Position numbers and translations under genes: made by a program
Assembly: GCA_051252135.1 (NCBI GenBank)
Contig: JBPOGH010000001.1
Span: 224,001 to 288,000, forward strand
Length of the DNA: 64,000 nt
From: Verrucomicrobiaceae bacterium
GTDB taxonomy: Bacteria > Verrucomicrobiota > Verrucomicrobiia > Verrucomicrobiales > Akkermansiaceae
Reading direction: 5' to 3'
Shown: piece by piece, positions 19,523-29,363 of the stretch
How positions within the stretch are numbered: the first letter of the stretch is position 1
Layout: each line of letters begins with the position of its first letter
The notes under the pieces: model-generated
Database searches by the model: none
Seen by the model: only the letters and a program-made list of their open reading frames with translations
Told to the model about the DNA's origin: nothing

Positions 19523-21730
19523 TTACTCAATCAGATTCACCGCGAGGCTCCGAACGGTGGCGAGATCGAGAAGGAAGAAGGAGTTGTCAGCCGAGAGGCT
19601 CCCGTAAAAGAAACGGTTTTCCGAGCCGCGCACCACTTGGGCGATTTTGAGGATATTGGGGGTGAGCGAGGTCGGCTTGCCGGAGTCGTCCACCTCTTCG
19701 ACCATCACGGAGATCGTGAGGTTGGGGTTTTCCAATTGGTTGGATGCCGCAGGAGCGACCGGGCCGAGCCAGCGATGGACCTTCACTTCCGAGAGCTTTT
19801 CAAGAAGGCGATTGGCTTTGTTGATGTTGAGCCTTGGTGTGATGTCCTGCCCGTCCAATCGGGCTTTCCAGGATTGGCTGAAGAAGTTGTAGCTGAGTTG
19901 GATTGGGGGTTGTCCGCTGCGTTGAATGACGAGCCCACGAATCTCAAAGGGGTCAATGTTCCAGATTTGAGGCGACCTCCAGTGGTAGTCCCTCATGGTG
20001 ATCTTATTGATGATCTGGGGTGAGATCTCGGTGACTCTGGGAGCGCCTTCCCGAGAGCTGTAAAAGTGAAGGCGTGGGCTTGAACCCAGCTTGAGAGAAA
20101 CATTCTCCGTGCCGGCCTTCAGAGAGATTGTTTTACCCTTATCCAATCCGTAGAGAGCGAGATCCTCGACGGGTGGTCGGGCGTCGGGCTGGGCTTTCAG
20201 GAGAGGGGTGATTTCCGGTGAGGGTTTTCCTTCTGCCAGTAGTTGGAAAGCGGTGGGTGAAACCTCGGCAATTCTTCCATCGGCAAGGTTTTGGACATAG
20301 AAGTGATCACGCATCGATTCACCGATCAGGAATCCGGCCTTGGAACCATCGGTCAGTTGCAGGTCAATTTTTCTAAGCGGTTTATCAAGACCGTAAGCCG
20401 AGAGGTCGGTTGCGGCATCATCGCTAAAGCTCACGATTTCATCGACAAAGAGCGCTTCAAAAAGGAGCTTCACCTGCTCTTCATTTGCGGCCCCCTGATA
20501 TTCACCCACATTGGCGTGCCAGCGTTTGGCACGCTCATGGGGATCGAATTCTAGCGAAAGTCCGAGGGTATTCCCCTGGTGACCGTCTATCTTGAGGCTC
20601 TTAACCTGGGCAACTTGAAGGGACGTGAGGGTGCGACTCCGGAGCTCATTTACATGTCTGGGGAGTTTGGCGAGATCGGCACGCGGCAGCTTCAAAATAG
20701 CGGGTCTGGTTTGGTCTTCTGCGGTGCCGATAATCGCAGACGTGACCAGGTCACCTTCCTCTTTGGGAGGGTAAATGTAGACGGTGGTGGGCAGCGATAC
20801 GCTCCCATCGGGAAGGAAGAACTTGAGTTGAATGGTTTCGGCGAGGTTCTCGGGAAGCGGCTTAGGGAGTGCCTCGCTATCCTTATCGAGAATAGCGGTT
20901 GCCCGAAGGGTAGAGAGGCCAGCGATCAGGGATGCCACCGCATCACTGTTGGCGGCCAAATCAAAGGGTGTGGAAACCCTCCAGGTGCCACTTTCACCCT
21001 GATGATCTCGTTTAAGAACGATTTCCGAATCTTTGTTTTTGAATGAAATTTCGGCAGCAAAGTGAGGCGGTCGATAGAAAACGCCGTGGTTTCGGAAGAG
21101 CTTGAGTCCGCCGTCGAAAAGCGTCCGAATGCCTACTTTACGCAACGCAGGATTGGCGCGATCACCACAGACATAAAAGTAGTCCCGCTGTTCCCTTTCG
21201 GCAGGCCAAATGATCACCGTGGGGTAGCTGCTGACACCTTTCTCCTCACCAACACTGTGGGGTCCTTCGTCGTCATCGACCTCGAGGGTGCGCCAAGCGG
21301 TGTAGCGCCCAATATTAAAATGGCAGAGATGGCTTCCGCCTCGATCGAACAACTGAACCTCGATTTTTTGACCACTCAGACCAAACTCGGCGGGGTCCTC
21401 GACCTCATCCCGATCAATCACATCTTCAATGATGAGGTTGCTGGCGAAGGAAAGGAGAGCTTGGACCACGGTGGGGTCGGAGATGTCCTCCCAAGGTTCC
21501 TCCATGACCCAGGCGCCGCCTTTCTTTTCGATGATGGCCCGGGTGCCGTCGTGATTGTTGATCTCGATCCGACCGACCGAGTTGGGGCTGAACTGATACA
21601 CCCGGTCACCTTCACCCCGCGCCGGCGCACCGAAGATGCTGGCGAGGCTTCCCTGGTAGGTTTGCACGAGCACGAGAGTCCCAAGCCCGAGAGCGAGGAG
21701 CGCGAGAAAGATGGAAGTAAGATGACGCAT
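19523..21730 (-). CDS. DUF4340-like membrane-anchored protein
   Basis: N-terminal TM; repeated W.(M/V)..P, FGL and YGLDKP motifs; last gene of the Gld-like ABC operon. Confidence 0.7.
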   Translation of the reverse strand: MRHLTSIFLALLALGLGTLVLVQTYQGSLASIFGAPARGEGDRVYQFSPNSVGRIEINNHDGTRAIIEKKGGAWVMEEPWEDISDPTVVQALLSFASNLIIEDVIDRDEVEDPAEFGLSGQKIEVQLFDRGGSHLCHFNIGRYTAWRTLEVDDDEGPHSVGEEKGVSSYPTVIIWPAEREQRDYFYVCGDRANPALRKVGIRTLFDGGLKLFRNHGVFYRPPHFAAEISFKNKDSEIVLKRDHQGESGTWRVSTPFDLAANSDAVASLIAGLSTLRATAILDKDSEALPKPLPENLAETIQLKFFLPDGSVSLPTTVYIYPPKEEGDLVTSAIIGTAEDQTRPAILKLPRADLAKLPRHVNELRSRTLTSLQVAQVKSLKIDGHQGNTLGLSLEFDPHERAKRWHANVGEYQGAANEEQVKLLFEALFVDEIVSFSDDAATDLSAYGLDKPLRKIDLQLTDGSKAGFLIGESMRDHFYVQNLADGRIAEVSPTAFQLLAEGKPSPEITPLLKAQPDARPPVEDLALYGLDKGKTISLKAGTENVSLKLGSSPRLHFYSSREGAPRVTEISPQIINKITMRDYHWRSPQIWNIDPFEIRGLVIQRSGQPPIQLSYNFFSQSWKARLDGQDITPRLNINKANRLLEKLSEVKVHRWLGPVAPAASNQLENPNLTISVMVEEVDDSGKPTSLTPNILKIAQVVRGSENRFFYGSLSADNSFFLLDLATVRSLAVNLIE

Positions 21731-21745
21731 TCGAATGATGAAATC

Positions 21746-23329
21746 CTAAGCCCGTCGGGCGTTCCAAACGAAGAGGGCGGCTAGCAAGAATCCGGTCGGG
21801 ATGAAGAAGACGGCGATATTTTGAAGCCAAGTTGCCTCGGAGGGGATGAGATTGAGCTTGCGCCGTTCCAGACCCCGGGGTCCGATTCCCATGAGCTCCT
21901 CCCGACCAAGCAGCCAGTGAGTGGTATTTTTTACAAAGTCGAGCTGTGCGGCCGACATGCGGTCGGGGTGAAGAAAGTCGGAAGTTGAGAGGATGATCAT
22001 TTTCCCGATCGTCTCGGTGGATCGATCGACATTGGCATTCCCCTTGATCACGGCGGCTCCGATGAAAAGTGGTCCGGGGTGGTCGGAGGCATCATCGAAG
22101 GTGGGTTGCGGCTCGGTGAAATCCACTTCTCCCCAAAAGCCCGGAGCGGCCTCAATAACGGAGAAGCATTGAATTCCCTGCGTAACGAGATCCTCGGCAT
22201 CTTCCCTTACCTCGAGGCTGGAAACGCGCCCCTCGAAACGGGTGGGTTTTCCTTCGAGGCTGACTGTGACCCGGTTGACTTCGGCATTTTCAGAAAAAAT
22301 TGCCTGCACCTGGCTGTCGGTGCGGCCATTTCTCACCTTGAGAATCCGGTCATTGCGGGGAGTGACTCCATGGCGGCGGAGGAAAGAGGTGAGATTGGGA
22401 ACCTTGGCCGAAGGGTTGAGATAGAACAGGAGAGAGGAGCTTTTTCGCTTCCAGTATTCCTCGAGAATTTCAAGCTCTTTGCGGGACAGGTCGTATTGAG
22501 GCCCGGCGATCACAACGCCCTCGGCATTTTGAGGGATTGATTCGATTTCACTGATCCGAATGGGAGCGAGAATGACGTTCAGCCGGCCGAGTGTTTCCGT
22601 GAGCATGTGCCCGGGCGAGGAGGCATCACCGGCTTCGATGTCGCTTTTATCACTGAGGAGATACATCACGCGGGGAAGCCCCTCGATTGCTGATTGCAGG
22701 TAGGAGGTGAGCATGTCCTCGTCCTGATATCCGATGATCCTGCGCTGCTTTTTGTCATCGGTGCGTTTCACCAGCATGTCCTCCACCCGGACGTAACGGA
22801 GGCCGGAGTTAATCGCTTGAATTCGTCGATCCCGGAGGGAGGTGGATTCGTTGGTGACTGCCGATCCCCGGGCATCGATGATGAAGAGGTCATCGCTAAA
22901 CAATTGGTCGGCGAGGAGATCACTGTAGTTGTTGGCGACCTCAAGAGCGCGGTCCTGATCCCTGATGGGGTCGAGGTGGTCGATCACGATTTTCCCTTTG
23001 GCGAGCCTTCCATATTCCTCGATGAGGATCCGAAGACGCTCGTAATGGGGTGAAGTCTTACGCAAAGCGGCAATGATCTTCACCGGTTCTTCGCGATCCT
23101 GAAGAGCGGAGGACTCCAGAAGGTTTACGGTTTGCTCGGATACCGTGAAATCGGAATGCTGCGTGAGATCCTTTTGTTTGTAGTAGAGGATTCCGAGATA
23201 GAACGCGCTCACCAGAATAACGAAGGCAAGCAGGAGTTGGAGCAAAACGCGAAGACGAATGCCGAGGCGCGTCACCGGAGTCGGTGGGGGCGCCATTTCA
23301 GAGACGATGGTTTCAGGTTCTTTGGCCAT
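21746..23329 (-). CDS. GldG-like ABC transporter auxiliary component
   Basis: DLT....FTVSEQT, IAGPQYDLS..E, NTTHWLLG and a C-terminal TM ending WNARRA. Confidence 0.8.
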   Translation of the reverse strand: MAKEPETIVSEMAPPPTPVTRLGIRLRVLLQLLLAFVILVSAFYLGILYYKQKDLTQHSDFTVSEQTVNLLESSALQDREEPVKIIAALRKTSPHYERLRILIEEYGRLAKGKIVIDHLDPIRDQDRALEVANNYSDLLADQLFSDDLFIIDARGSAVTNESTSLRDRRIQAINSGLRYVRVEDMLVKRTDDKKQRRIIGYQDEDMLTSYLQSAIEGLPRVMYLLSDKSDIEAGDASSPGHMLTETLGRLNVILAPIRISEIESIPQNAEGVVIAGPQYDLSRKELEILEEYWKRKSSSLLFYLNPSAKVPNLTSFLRRHGVTPRNDRILKVRNGRTDSQVQAIFSENAEVNRVTVSLEGKPTRFEGRVSSLEVREDAEDLVTQGIQCFSVIEAAPGFWGEVDFTEPQPTFDDASDHPGPLFIGAAVIKGNANVDRSTETIGKMIILSTSDFLHPDRMSAAQLDFVKNTTHWLLGREELMGIGPRGLERRKLNLIPSEATWLQNIAVFFIPTGFLLAALFVWNARRA

Positions 23330-23332
23330 GGG

Positions 23333-24085
23333 TCAGGATTTCCAGCGTCGATAGTCGAGGAGGTGGTGGGTCAGGAAGAGGACGAAGCCCGTCATGGTCA
23401 GGTAATAGACGATGGCTCTGCTATCGATGAGTCCTCGCGAGAAGGTGGCCAGATGGTTCCGGGATGAGATGAAGTTGAACAAGGGAGCGGCGTCCATCTG
23501 ATCACCATAAAAGAAGGTGACCATTCCAAGGAGGTAATGGACCAGAAGAACACAAACGCAAATCACTCCTGCGATGATCTGGCTGGAGGTCAGGCAGGAG
23601 GCCAAGCATCCGAAGGATACGAAAAGCGCTCCCATCAGGGCCAAGATGACCATGGCTCCGTAAAGTTCACCTGGAGAGAAAGGAGGAGGGACATCGGTGA
23701 TGATGGTGAAGAGTTTAAAGTGGAAGAATCCGGGAATCCAAAGGATGAGATAGGTGACGTAAGCTGCGGAGAACTTGGAAAGAATCACTTGCCAGGTTTT
23801 CACGGGAGCGGTGAGGAGTCCTTCGATGGTCCCGGATCGCATTTCCTCGGAAAACAAGCGCATGGTGAGCACGGGAAAGAGAAAGAGGAAATAGAACCAA
23901 AAAGTAGGGGCCTGAAAGGTGGCATAGATCAGACTTTCATGACTCGCTGAGTCCATGAAGCCCTTCATGGTGCTCGTGAGTGAGAGTGCCTGCATGAGCG
24001 CTGCAAAACCACAAATTAACCACCCGAAGGGGGAGAAGAAGTAGCCTTTGAGCTCTTTAAAAAAGAGGATTCGGAAGGTGCGCAT
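23333..24085 (-). CDS. GldF-like ABC-2 permease
   Basis: KELKGYFFSP, LTMRLFSEEMRSGTIEGLLTAP, SSQIIA; ATG 24085. Confidence 0.88.
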   Translation of the reverse strand: MRTFRILFFKELKGYFFSPFGWLICGFAALMQALSLTSTMKGFMDSASHESLIYATFQAPTFWFYFLFLFPVLTMRLFSEEMRSGTIEGLLTAPVKTWQVILSKFSAAYVTYLILWIPGFFHFKLFTIITDVPPPFSPGELYGAMVILALMGALFVSFGCLASCLTSSQIIAGVICVCVLLVHYLLGMVTFFYGDQMDAAPLFNFISSRNHLATFSRGLIDSRAIVYYLTMTGFVLFLTHHLLDYRRWKS

Positions 24086-24089
24086 GGAA

Positions 24090-25022
24090 TTAATCTTTTC
24101 GGGTAAGTTCGACGAAGACTTCTTCGAGGTTGGCATTCCGTCGGGCCAGCGAGCGGAGGGGCCATTGTTTCTCGGCGGCCAACTGGGCGAGGCGGATTCG
24201 GGTGTCGGTATTGGGAGCGACGAAGACCGAGAATCTTGTCCATCCCTCTTGAAGGGGTTCGCTGGTGACCTTGGTGACGCTATCGAGTTGTGCAAAGGCG
24301 ACCTCTCCGACCTCGGGGGCGATCTTGAGTTCAAGGCTGATGCGGCCGGCGCGGCGCATGGAGGAGACAAGGTTTCCGGGGGTGTCGGCGGCTTTCACTT
24401 TGCCTTCGTCGATGATGACGACCTTATTGCAGGTCATTTCGACCTCGCTGAGGATGTGAGTCGAGAGCAGGATGGTGTGGTTTTCACCCAATTGTTGAAT
24501 CAAGCGGCGGATGGCTCGAATCTGGTTCGGGTCGAGACCGTTGGTGGGTTCGTCCAGAATGAGGAGCTCCGGCTCATGGATGAGGGCATCGGCGAGGCCG
24601 ACACGCTGTCGGTAGCCTTTTGACAGGGTCTTGATCATCTTGCGCCGGACATGGGTGAGGCCGCAGGTATCCATGACCTCGCCAGTCCGGCGTCGGAGGG
24701 TTGCGCCCGCCAAACCACGAAGCGCACCCCGGAAGCGAAGGTACTCCTTTACCCGCATTTCCGTGTAAAGCGGGACATTTTCGGGCATGTAGCCAATTTT
24801 GCGCCGGACTTCGAGGGATTCGCGGAAAATGTCCAAGCCTGCAATCCGGGCGGCTCCCGAGGTGGGGGGGAGGTATCCGGTGAGCATTTTCAGGGTCGTG
24901 CTTTTCCCTGCGCCATTGGGTCCGAGGAAGCCGACGACTTCGCCGCGCTGGACTTCAAATGAAATCTCATTGACGGCCAAATGGCTTCCGTAGCGTTTAC
25001 TGAGATTAACAATCTCGATCAT
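24090..25022 (-). CDS. GldA-like ABC ATP-binding protein
   Basis: GPNGAGKST, LSKGYRQRVGLA, DEPTNGLDPNQI motifs. Confidence 0.92.
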   Translation of the reverse strand: MIEIVNLSKRYGSHLAVNEISFEVQRGEVVGFLGPNGAGKSTTLKMLTGYLPPTSGAARIAGLDIFRESLEVRRKIGYMPENVPLYTEMRVKEYLRFRGALRGLAGATLRRRTGEVMDTCGLTHVRRKMIKTLSKGYRQRVGLADALIHEPELLILDEPTNGLDPNQIRAIRRLIQQLGENHTILLSTHILSEVEMTCNKVVIIDEGKVKAADTPGNLVSSMRRAGRISLELKIAPEVGEVAFAQLDSVTKVTSEPLQEGWTRFSVFVAPNTDTRIRLAQLAAEKQWPLRSLARRNANLEEVFVELTRKD

Positions 25023-25156
25023 GCGGTGCAAAAATAGAATTAGGATCAGGTGCTGAGCTGTTGACTCGCGGAGGTGTGCCTACTAACTAACGGCATAGCA
25101 ACTGCTCTCCAAGTCAGAAACGCGCTTACATTTTCAGATAAATTTAGACAAATTCC

Positions 25157-27931
25157 ATGCCTTCGCAAATCTCACCCCGGCTAAACGCGTCACTCCTCGA
25201 CGAAAAGTATGCCCAGTGGAACGATGATCCCACCTCTGTAGAGGAAGTTTGGGCCGCATTTTTCGAAGGCTTTGAGCTTGGATCAACCCAGCCGAAGAAG
25301 GGTGGCCCGGGAGGCACCAGCCCAACAGCGTCAGCGGATCAGCCTATTTCCGAGGAGCAATTATTGTTTCGGGGGAAAGTGGTCAGCCTCGTTTACAACT
25401 ACCGGACCCTCGGCCACACCCAGGCCCACATCAATCCACTGGACAAGTCCGGGAAGATCAATCCACGTCTGGAGCTCGCGGCATTTGGGTTCTCCGAGTC
25501 CGATCTTGACCGACAGGCCCAGACCCAGTTTTTCCGCGACGGTTCACCGATGAAGCTGCGTGATCTTCACGCCGCCCTGATGGACACCTATTCAAGCAAG
25601 ATTGGGTTTGAGTTCATGCACATTCACCAAACGGAGGTGCGTCACTGGATTCGGCAACGGATTGAAAACCGTGTGCACCGTGAGGAGATCACCAAAGACG
25701 AACAGCTCAAGGCTCTGAAATGGCTTCTTGAGGGGGAGTTGTTCGAGAGCTTTTTGGGGAAGAAGTTCTTGGGAGAGAAGCGATTTTCACTGGAGGGAGG
25801 GGAAGGCCTTTTGGTTCTCCTCAACCGGATACTGGAAGGATGTCCGGAAAAGGGGGTCAAAGAGATCGAAATGGGGATGGCCCACCGGGGTCGTCTCAAT
25901 GTGCTGGCTCATTTCGTTGGCAAATCGATTTCCACGCTGCTTTATGAGTTCACTCCCAATTATGTCCCTGATTTGGTGGCCGGTGACGGAGACGTAAAGT
26001 ATCACCTTGGCTACGAAAAGATGCGGAAGGTTCCCGGTGGTGAGGTCCGGGTGAGTCTTGCAGCCAACCCGAGTCACCTGGAAGCGGTCAATCCGGTTGT
26101 CGAAGGAAAGGCACGGGCGCGTCAGCGGATGATTGGTGATGATGGGGCGCAGACAAACCGCAAGGTTGTATTGCCCATCTTGATTCATGGAGATGCCGCC
26201 TTTGCGGGGCAAGGTCCGGTAGCCGAGGTGCTCAACCTGTCCCAGCTGGAAGGTTACCGCACTGGCGGGACCATTCACCTGATCGTGAACAACCAAATTG
26301 GGTTTACGACAATGCCCGAGGATGCCCGCTCGTCGCCCTATGCGACCGATGTTGCCAAAATGATCGAAGCCCCGATTCTTCATGTGAATGGAGAGCGGCC
26401 TGAAGAGCTGATCTGGGCCGCTCAATTCGCCCTCGAATTCCGTCAGGTCTGGGGGAGTGATGTCGTGATCGACATGTATTGTTACCGTCGACAGGGTCAC
26501 AACGAAACCGATCAGGCAGCGTTTACCCAGCCCCACATTTACCGCAAGCTCGCCAGTCGAAAAACAGCGGGCCACCTCTATCGCAAGGAATTGGTCGATG
26601 CCGGAGTGATCACGGATGACGAGGGGCAAAAGGTTCACGACGGGATTTGGAATGAGCTCGAAGCCGGGCTCGCAGACATGCGGAAGCATGAGAAAGAGGG
26701 GGATATTACGGTCTTCACAGGGTCCACGGCGGAAGCGCAACCCGAGTTCAGTTTTGACACGGTCTCCACTGGAGTCGATCTGGCCAGTTTGCAGCATATC
26801 GGCAAAACTCTGACGACGATACCCGATCATTTTTCACTGCATCCAACACTGGCGAAGCGCTTCATTCCGCGGCGTATTGAAGCGCTGGAAAACGGAGGGC
26901 CATTTGATTGGGCTTTTGCGGAATCGCTGGCCTTTGGGTCCCTTCTTCTGGAGGGCTTTCCGGTCCGTCTTTCCGGTCAGGATTGTCGTCGCGGGACCTT
27001 CTCTCATCGTCACGCGGTGTTTTATGATTATGAGACGCGTGAGCGATACGTGCCGTTGCGTGAACTCAGTGACACCCAGGAACGTTTTTGCGTCTACAAT
27101 TCACTCCTTTCCGAAACGGCAGTGCTTGGGTTTGATTATGGTTATTCCCTCGGTTGCCCGAACATGTTGATCCTCTGGGAGGCTCAGTTCGGCGATTTTG
27201 CGAATGGGGCGCAGGTGATTATCGACCAATTTATTTCGTCGGCGGAATCCAAGTGGCAGACACCGAGTTCTTTGGTGATGCTGCTTCCGCACGGATACGA
27301 GGGGATGGGACCGGAGCATTCGAGCGCGCGTCTTGAGCGCTTTTTACAGCTCTGTGCCGAGAAAAACATGATCGTGGGGAACTTCACGACGCCTGCCCAG
27401 TATTTCCACGCATTGCGACGCCAGAAGCATTCCGAAACGCGGAAGCCTCTGGTGCTGATGACTCCAAAGAGCCTTCTTACCAATCCGTTGGCGGTTTCCC
27501 ACGTGGAGGATTTCCTCGATGAGACTTCCTTCCAGGAGATCATTCCCGATCACTTTGAATTCTCCAAGCCGGAGCGCGTGAGCCGCGTCATCTTTTGTAG
27601 TGGCAAGGTCTACTACGACCTTTTGGCTTATCGCGACGAGCATGGAATCAAGGACGCCGCGATCATCAGGGTGGAGCAACTTTATCCTCTTCACACGGAT
27701 GCCATCAAGATGGCGATCAGCCCGTATCGCTCGGCCAAGAAGTTCATCTGGTGCCAAGAAGAGCCTCTCAACATGGGAGCCTGGTCCTTTATGCAGCCTC
27801 GACTTGAGCGTCTCACGCGATCCCGTGTGCGTTACTCCGGTCGCGAACGCGCCTCAAGTCCTTCCACCGGATCCAAAGCGGTCCATAAACGCGAGCAGAA
27901 GTCGCTCGTGAGCAAAGCTTTTTCAGTCTAA
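25157..27931 (+). CDS. sucA: 2-oxoglutarate dehydrogenase E1
   Basis: GMAHRGRLN, NPSHLE, HGDAAFAGQG, WEAQFGDF, PEHSSAR motifs. Confidence 0.98.
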   Translation: MPSQISPRLNASLLDEKYAQWNDDPTSVEEVWAAFFEGFELGSTQPKKGGPGGTSPTASADQPISEEQLLFRGKVVSLVYNYRTLGHTQAHINPLDKSGKINPRLELAAFGFSESDLDRQAQTQFFRDGSPMKLRDLHAALMDTYSSKIGFEFMHIHQTEVRHWIRQRIENRVHREEITKDEQLKALKWLLEGELFESFLGKKFLGEKRFSLEGGEGLLVLLNRILEGCPEKGVKEIEMGMAHRGRLNVLAHFVGKSISTLLYEFTPNYVPDLVAGDGDVKYHLGYEKMRKVPGGEVRVSLAANPSHLEAVNPVVEGKARARQRMIGDDGAQTNRKVVLPILIHGDAAFAGQGPVAEVLNLSQLEGYRTGGTIHLIVNNQIGFTTMPEDARSSPYATDVAKMIEAPILHVNGERPEELIWAAQFALEFRQVWGSDVVIDMYCYRRQGHNETDQAAFTQPHIYRKLASRKTAGHLYRKELVDAGVITDDEGQKVHDGIWNELEAGLADMRKHEKEGDITVFTGSTAEAQPEFSFDTVSTGVDLASLQHIGKTLTTIPDHFSLHPTLAKRFIPRRIEALENGGPFDWAFAESLAFGSLLLEGFPVRLSGQDCRRGTFSHRHAVFYDYETRERYVPLRELSDTQERFCVYNSLLSETAVLGFDYGYSLGCPNMLILWEAQFGDFANGAQVIIDQFISSAESKWQTPSSLVMLLPHGYEGMGPEHSSARLERFLQLCAEKNMIVGNFTTPAQYFHALRRQKHSETRKPLVLMTPKSLLTNPLAVSHVEDFLDETSFQEIIPDHFEFSKPERVSRVIFCSGKVYYDLLAYRDEHGIKDAAIIRVEQLYPLHTDAIKMAISPYRSAKKFIWCQEEPLNMGAWSFMQPRLERLTRSRVRYSGRERASSPSTGSKAVHKREQKSLVSKAFSV

Positions 27932-27949
27932 CCGATTTTTCCAATTCCG

Positions 27950-29353
27950 ATGTCGCACGAAATCAAAATCCCGCCCGTTGGTGAATCCGTCACCTCCGCT
28001 CTTGTCGCCACCTGGCACAAGGGTGACGGCGAGTCCGTTCAAAAAGGAGATGTCCTGGTGACACTCGAAACCGATAAGGTGTCCAACGAGCTGGAAGCCG
28101 AAGTGGCCGGCACTCTTTCGATCTCTGTTCAAGAGGGTGAAGAAGTGGCGATCGGAACCGTGATCGGTTTGATCGCAGAGGGTGAGGTTGGCGTTGCTCC
28201 GGTCAATGAGGGTGCGAGTGATTCGTCGCCCTCGGCACCTGAGGAGTCCGCTCCTGCTTCGGCTCCTGCGGCAGCTCCGAATTCGGCCTCGGGAGAAATT
28301 GTTTCCATTAAGGTTCCTGCTGCGGGGGAGTCGATCACTTCAGCCACAGTGGCGGAATGGGCGGTGAAGGACGGAGCCTTTGTGAGCAAGGGTGATGTTC
28401 TCGTGACCCTTGATACGGACAAGGTGTCTTCAGAGCTTGAGGCGGAGGCTTCCGGCACGATCAAGATTGATGTGGCTGCCGGCGCCGAAGTGGAAATCGG
28501 CGCTATTCTTGGATCGATTACGGTCTCTGATGAGGTGCCTGCTCCGAAGGCTGCCGAAGCTCAGGTGGAAGTGAAATCCGAGACGGTTTCCGCTCCGGCA
28601 CCTGCCCCGGCGCCTGTGGCCAAACCGGCACCGAAAGCAGAGCCTGCCGAGGAAGGTCGTGTTACGCGGAAGAAGATGTCTCCGTTGCGTCGCAAGATTG
28701 CGCAGCACCTGGTGAATGCCCAGCAAACGGCGGCGATTCTCTCGACCTTTAACGAAGTCGACATGTCGGCGATCATGGGGCTTCGCAAGCAGGTGCAGGA
28801 AGACTTTATTGCCAAGCACGGAGTGAAGCTTGGGTTTATGTCCTTTTTCGTGAAGGCGACGGTGCAGGCGCTGAAAGAGGTGCCTTCGATCAACGCCCGC
28901 ATTGATGAGAATGACATCATTGAGAATCATTTCTTCGATATCGGTGTGGCGATTGGAACAGAGAAGGGACTTGTTGTTCCGGTGCTGCGTGATTGTGACA
29001 AGAAGAGCTTTGCGCAGATTGAGCAGGATATCATCGATTACGCGATGAAGGCTCGCGACGGGAAGATTGAGTTCTCCGACCTTTCGGGTGGGGTGTTTAC
29101 GATCTCGAATGGTGGGGTCTACGGGTCGCTCCTGAGCACGCCGATTTTGAATCCGCCGCAGAGTGGAATTTTGGGGATGCACACCATTCAGCAGCGTCCG
29201 GTTGCGGAAAATGGTCAGGTCGTGATTCGTCCGATGATGTATCTTGCGATGAGTTACGACCACCGTTTGGTGGATGGCAAAGAGGCGGTAACGTTCCTGC
29301 TGAAGATCAAGGATGGGATCGAGAATCCGCATCGGTTGATGCTGGAAATGTAA
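27950..29353 (+). CDS. sucB: Dihydrolipoamide succinyltransferase E2 (two lipoyl domains)
   Basis: ETDKV and DTDKV lipoyl motifs; YDHRLVDG catalytic motif. Confidence 0.97.
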   Translation: MSHEIKIPPVGESVTSALVATWHKGDGESVQKGDVLVTLETDKVSNELEAEVAGTLSISVQEGEEVAIGTVIGLIAEGEVGVAPVNEGASDSSPSAPEESAPASAPAAAPNSASGEIVSIKVPAAGESITSATVAEWAVKDGAFVSKGDVLVTLDTDKVSSELEAEASGTIKIDVAAGAEVEIGAILGSITVSDEVPAPKAAEAQVEVKSETVSAPAPAPAPVAKPAPKAEPAEEGRVTRKKMSPLRRKIAQHLVNAQQTAAILSTFNEVDMSAIMGLRKQVQEDFIAKHGVKLGFMSFFVKATVQALKEVPSINARIDENDIIENHFFDIGVAIGTEKGLVVPVLRDCDKKSFAQIEQDIIDYAMKARDGKIEFSDLSGGVFTISNGGVYGSLLSTPILNPPQSGILGMHTIQQRPVAENGQVVIRPMMYLAMSYDHRLVDGKEAVTFLLKIKDGIENPHRLMLEM

Positions 29354-29363
29354 TCTCGCGGCT

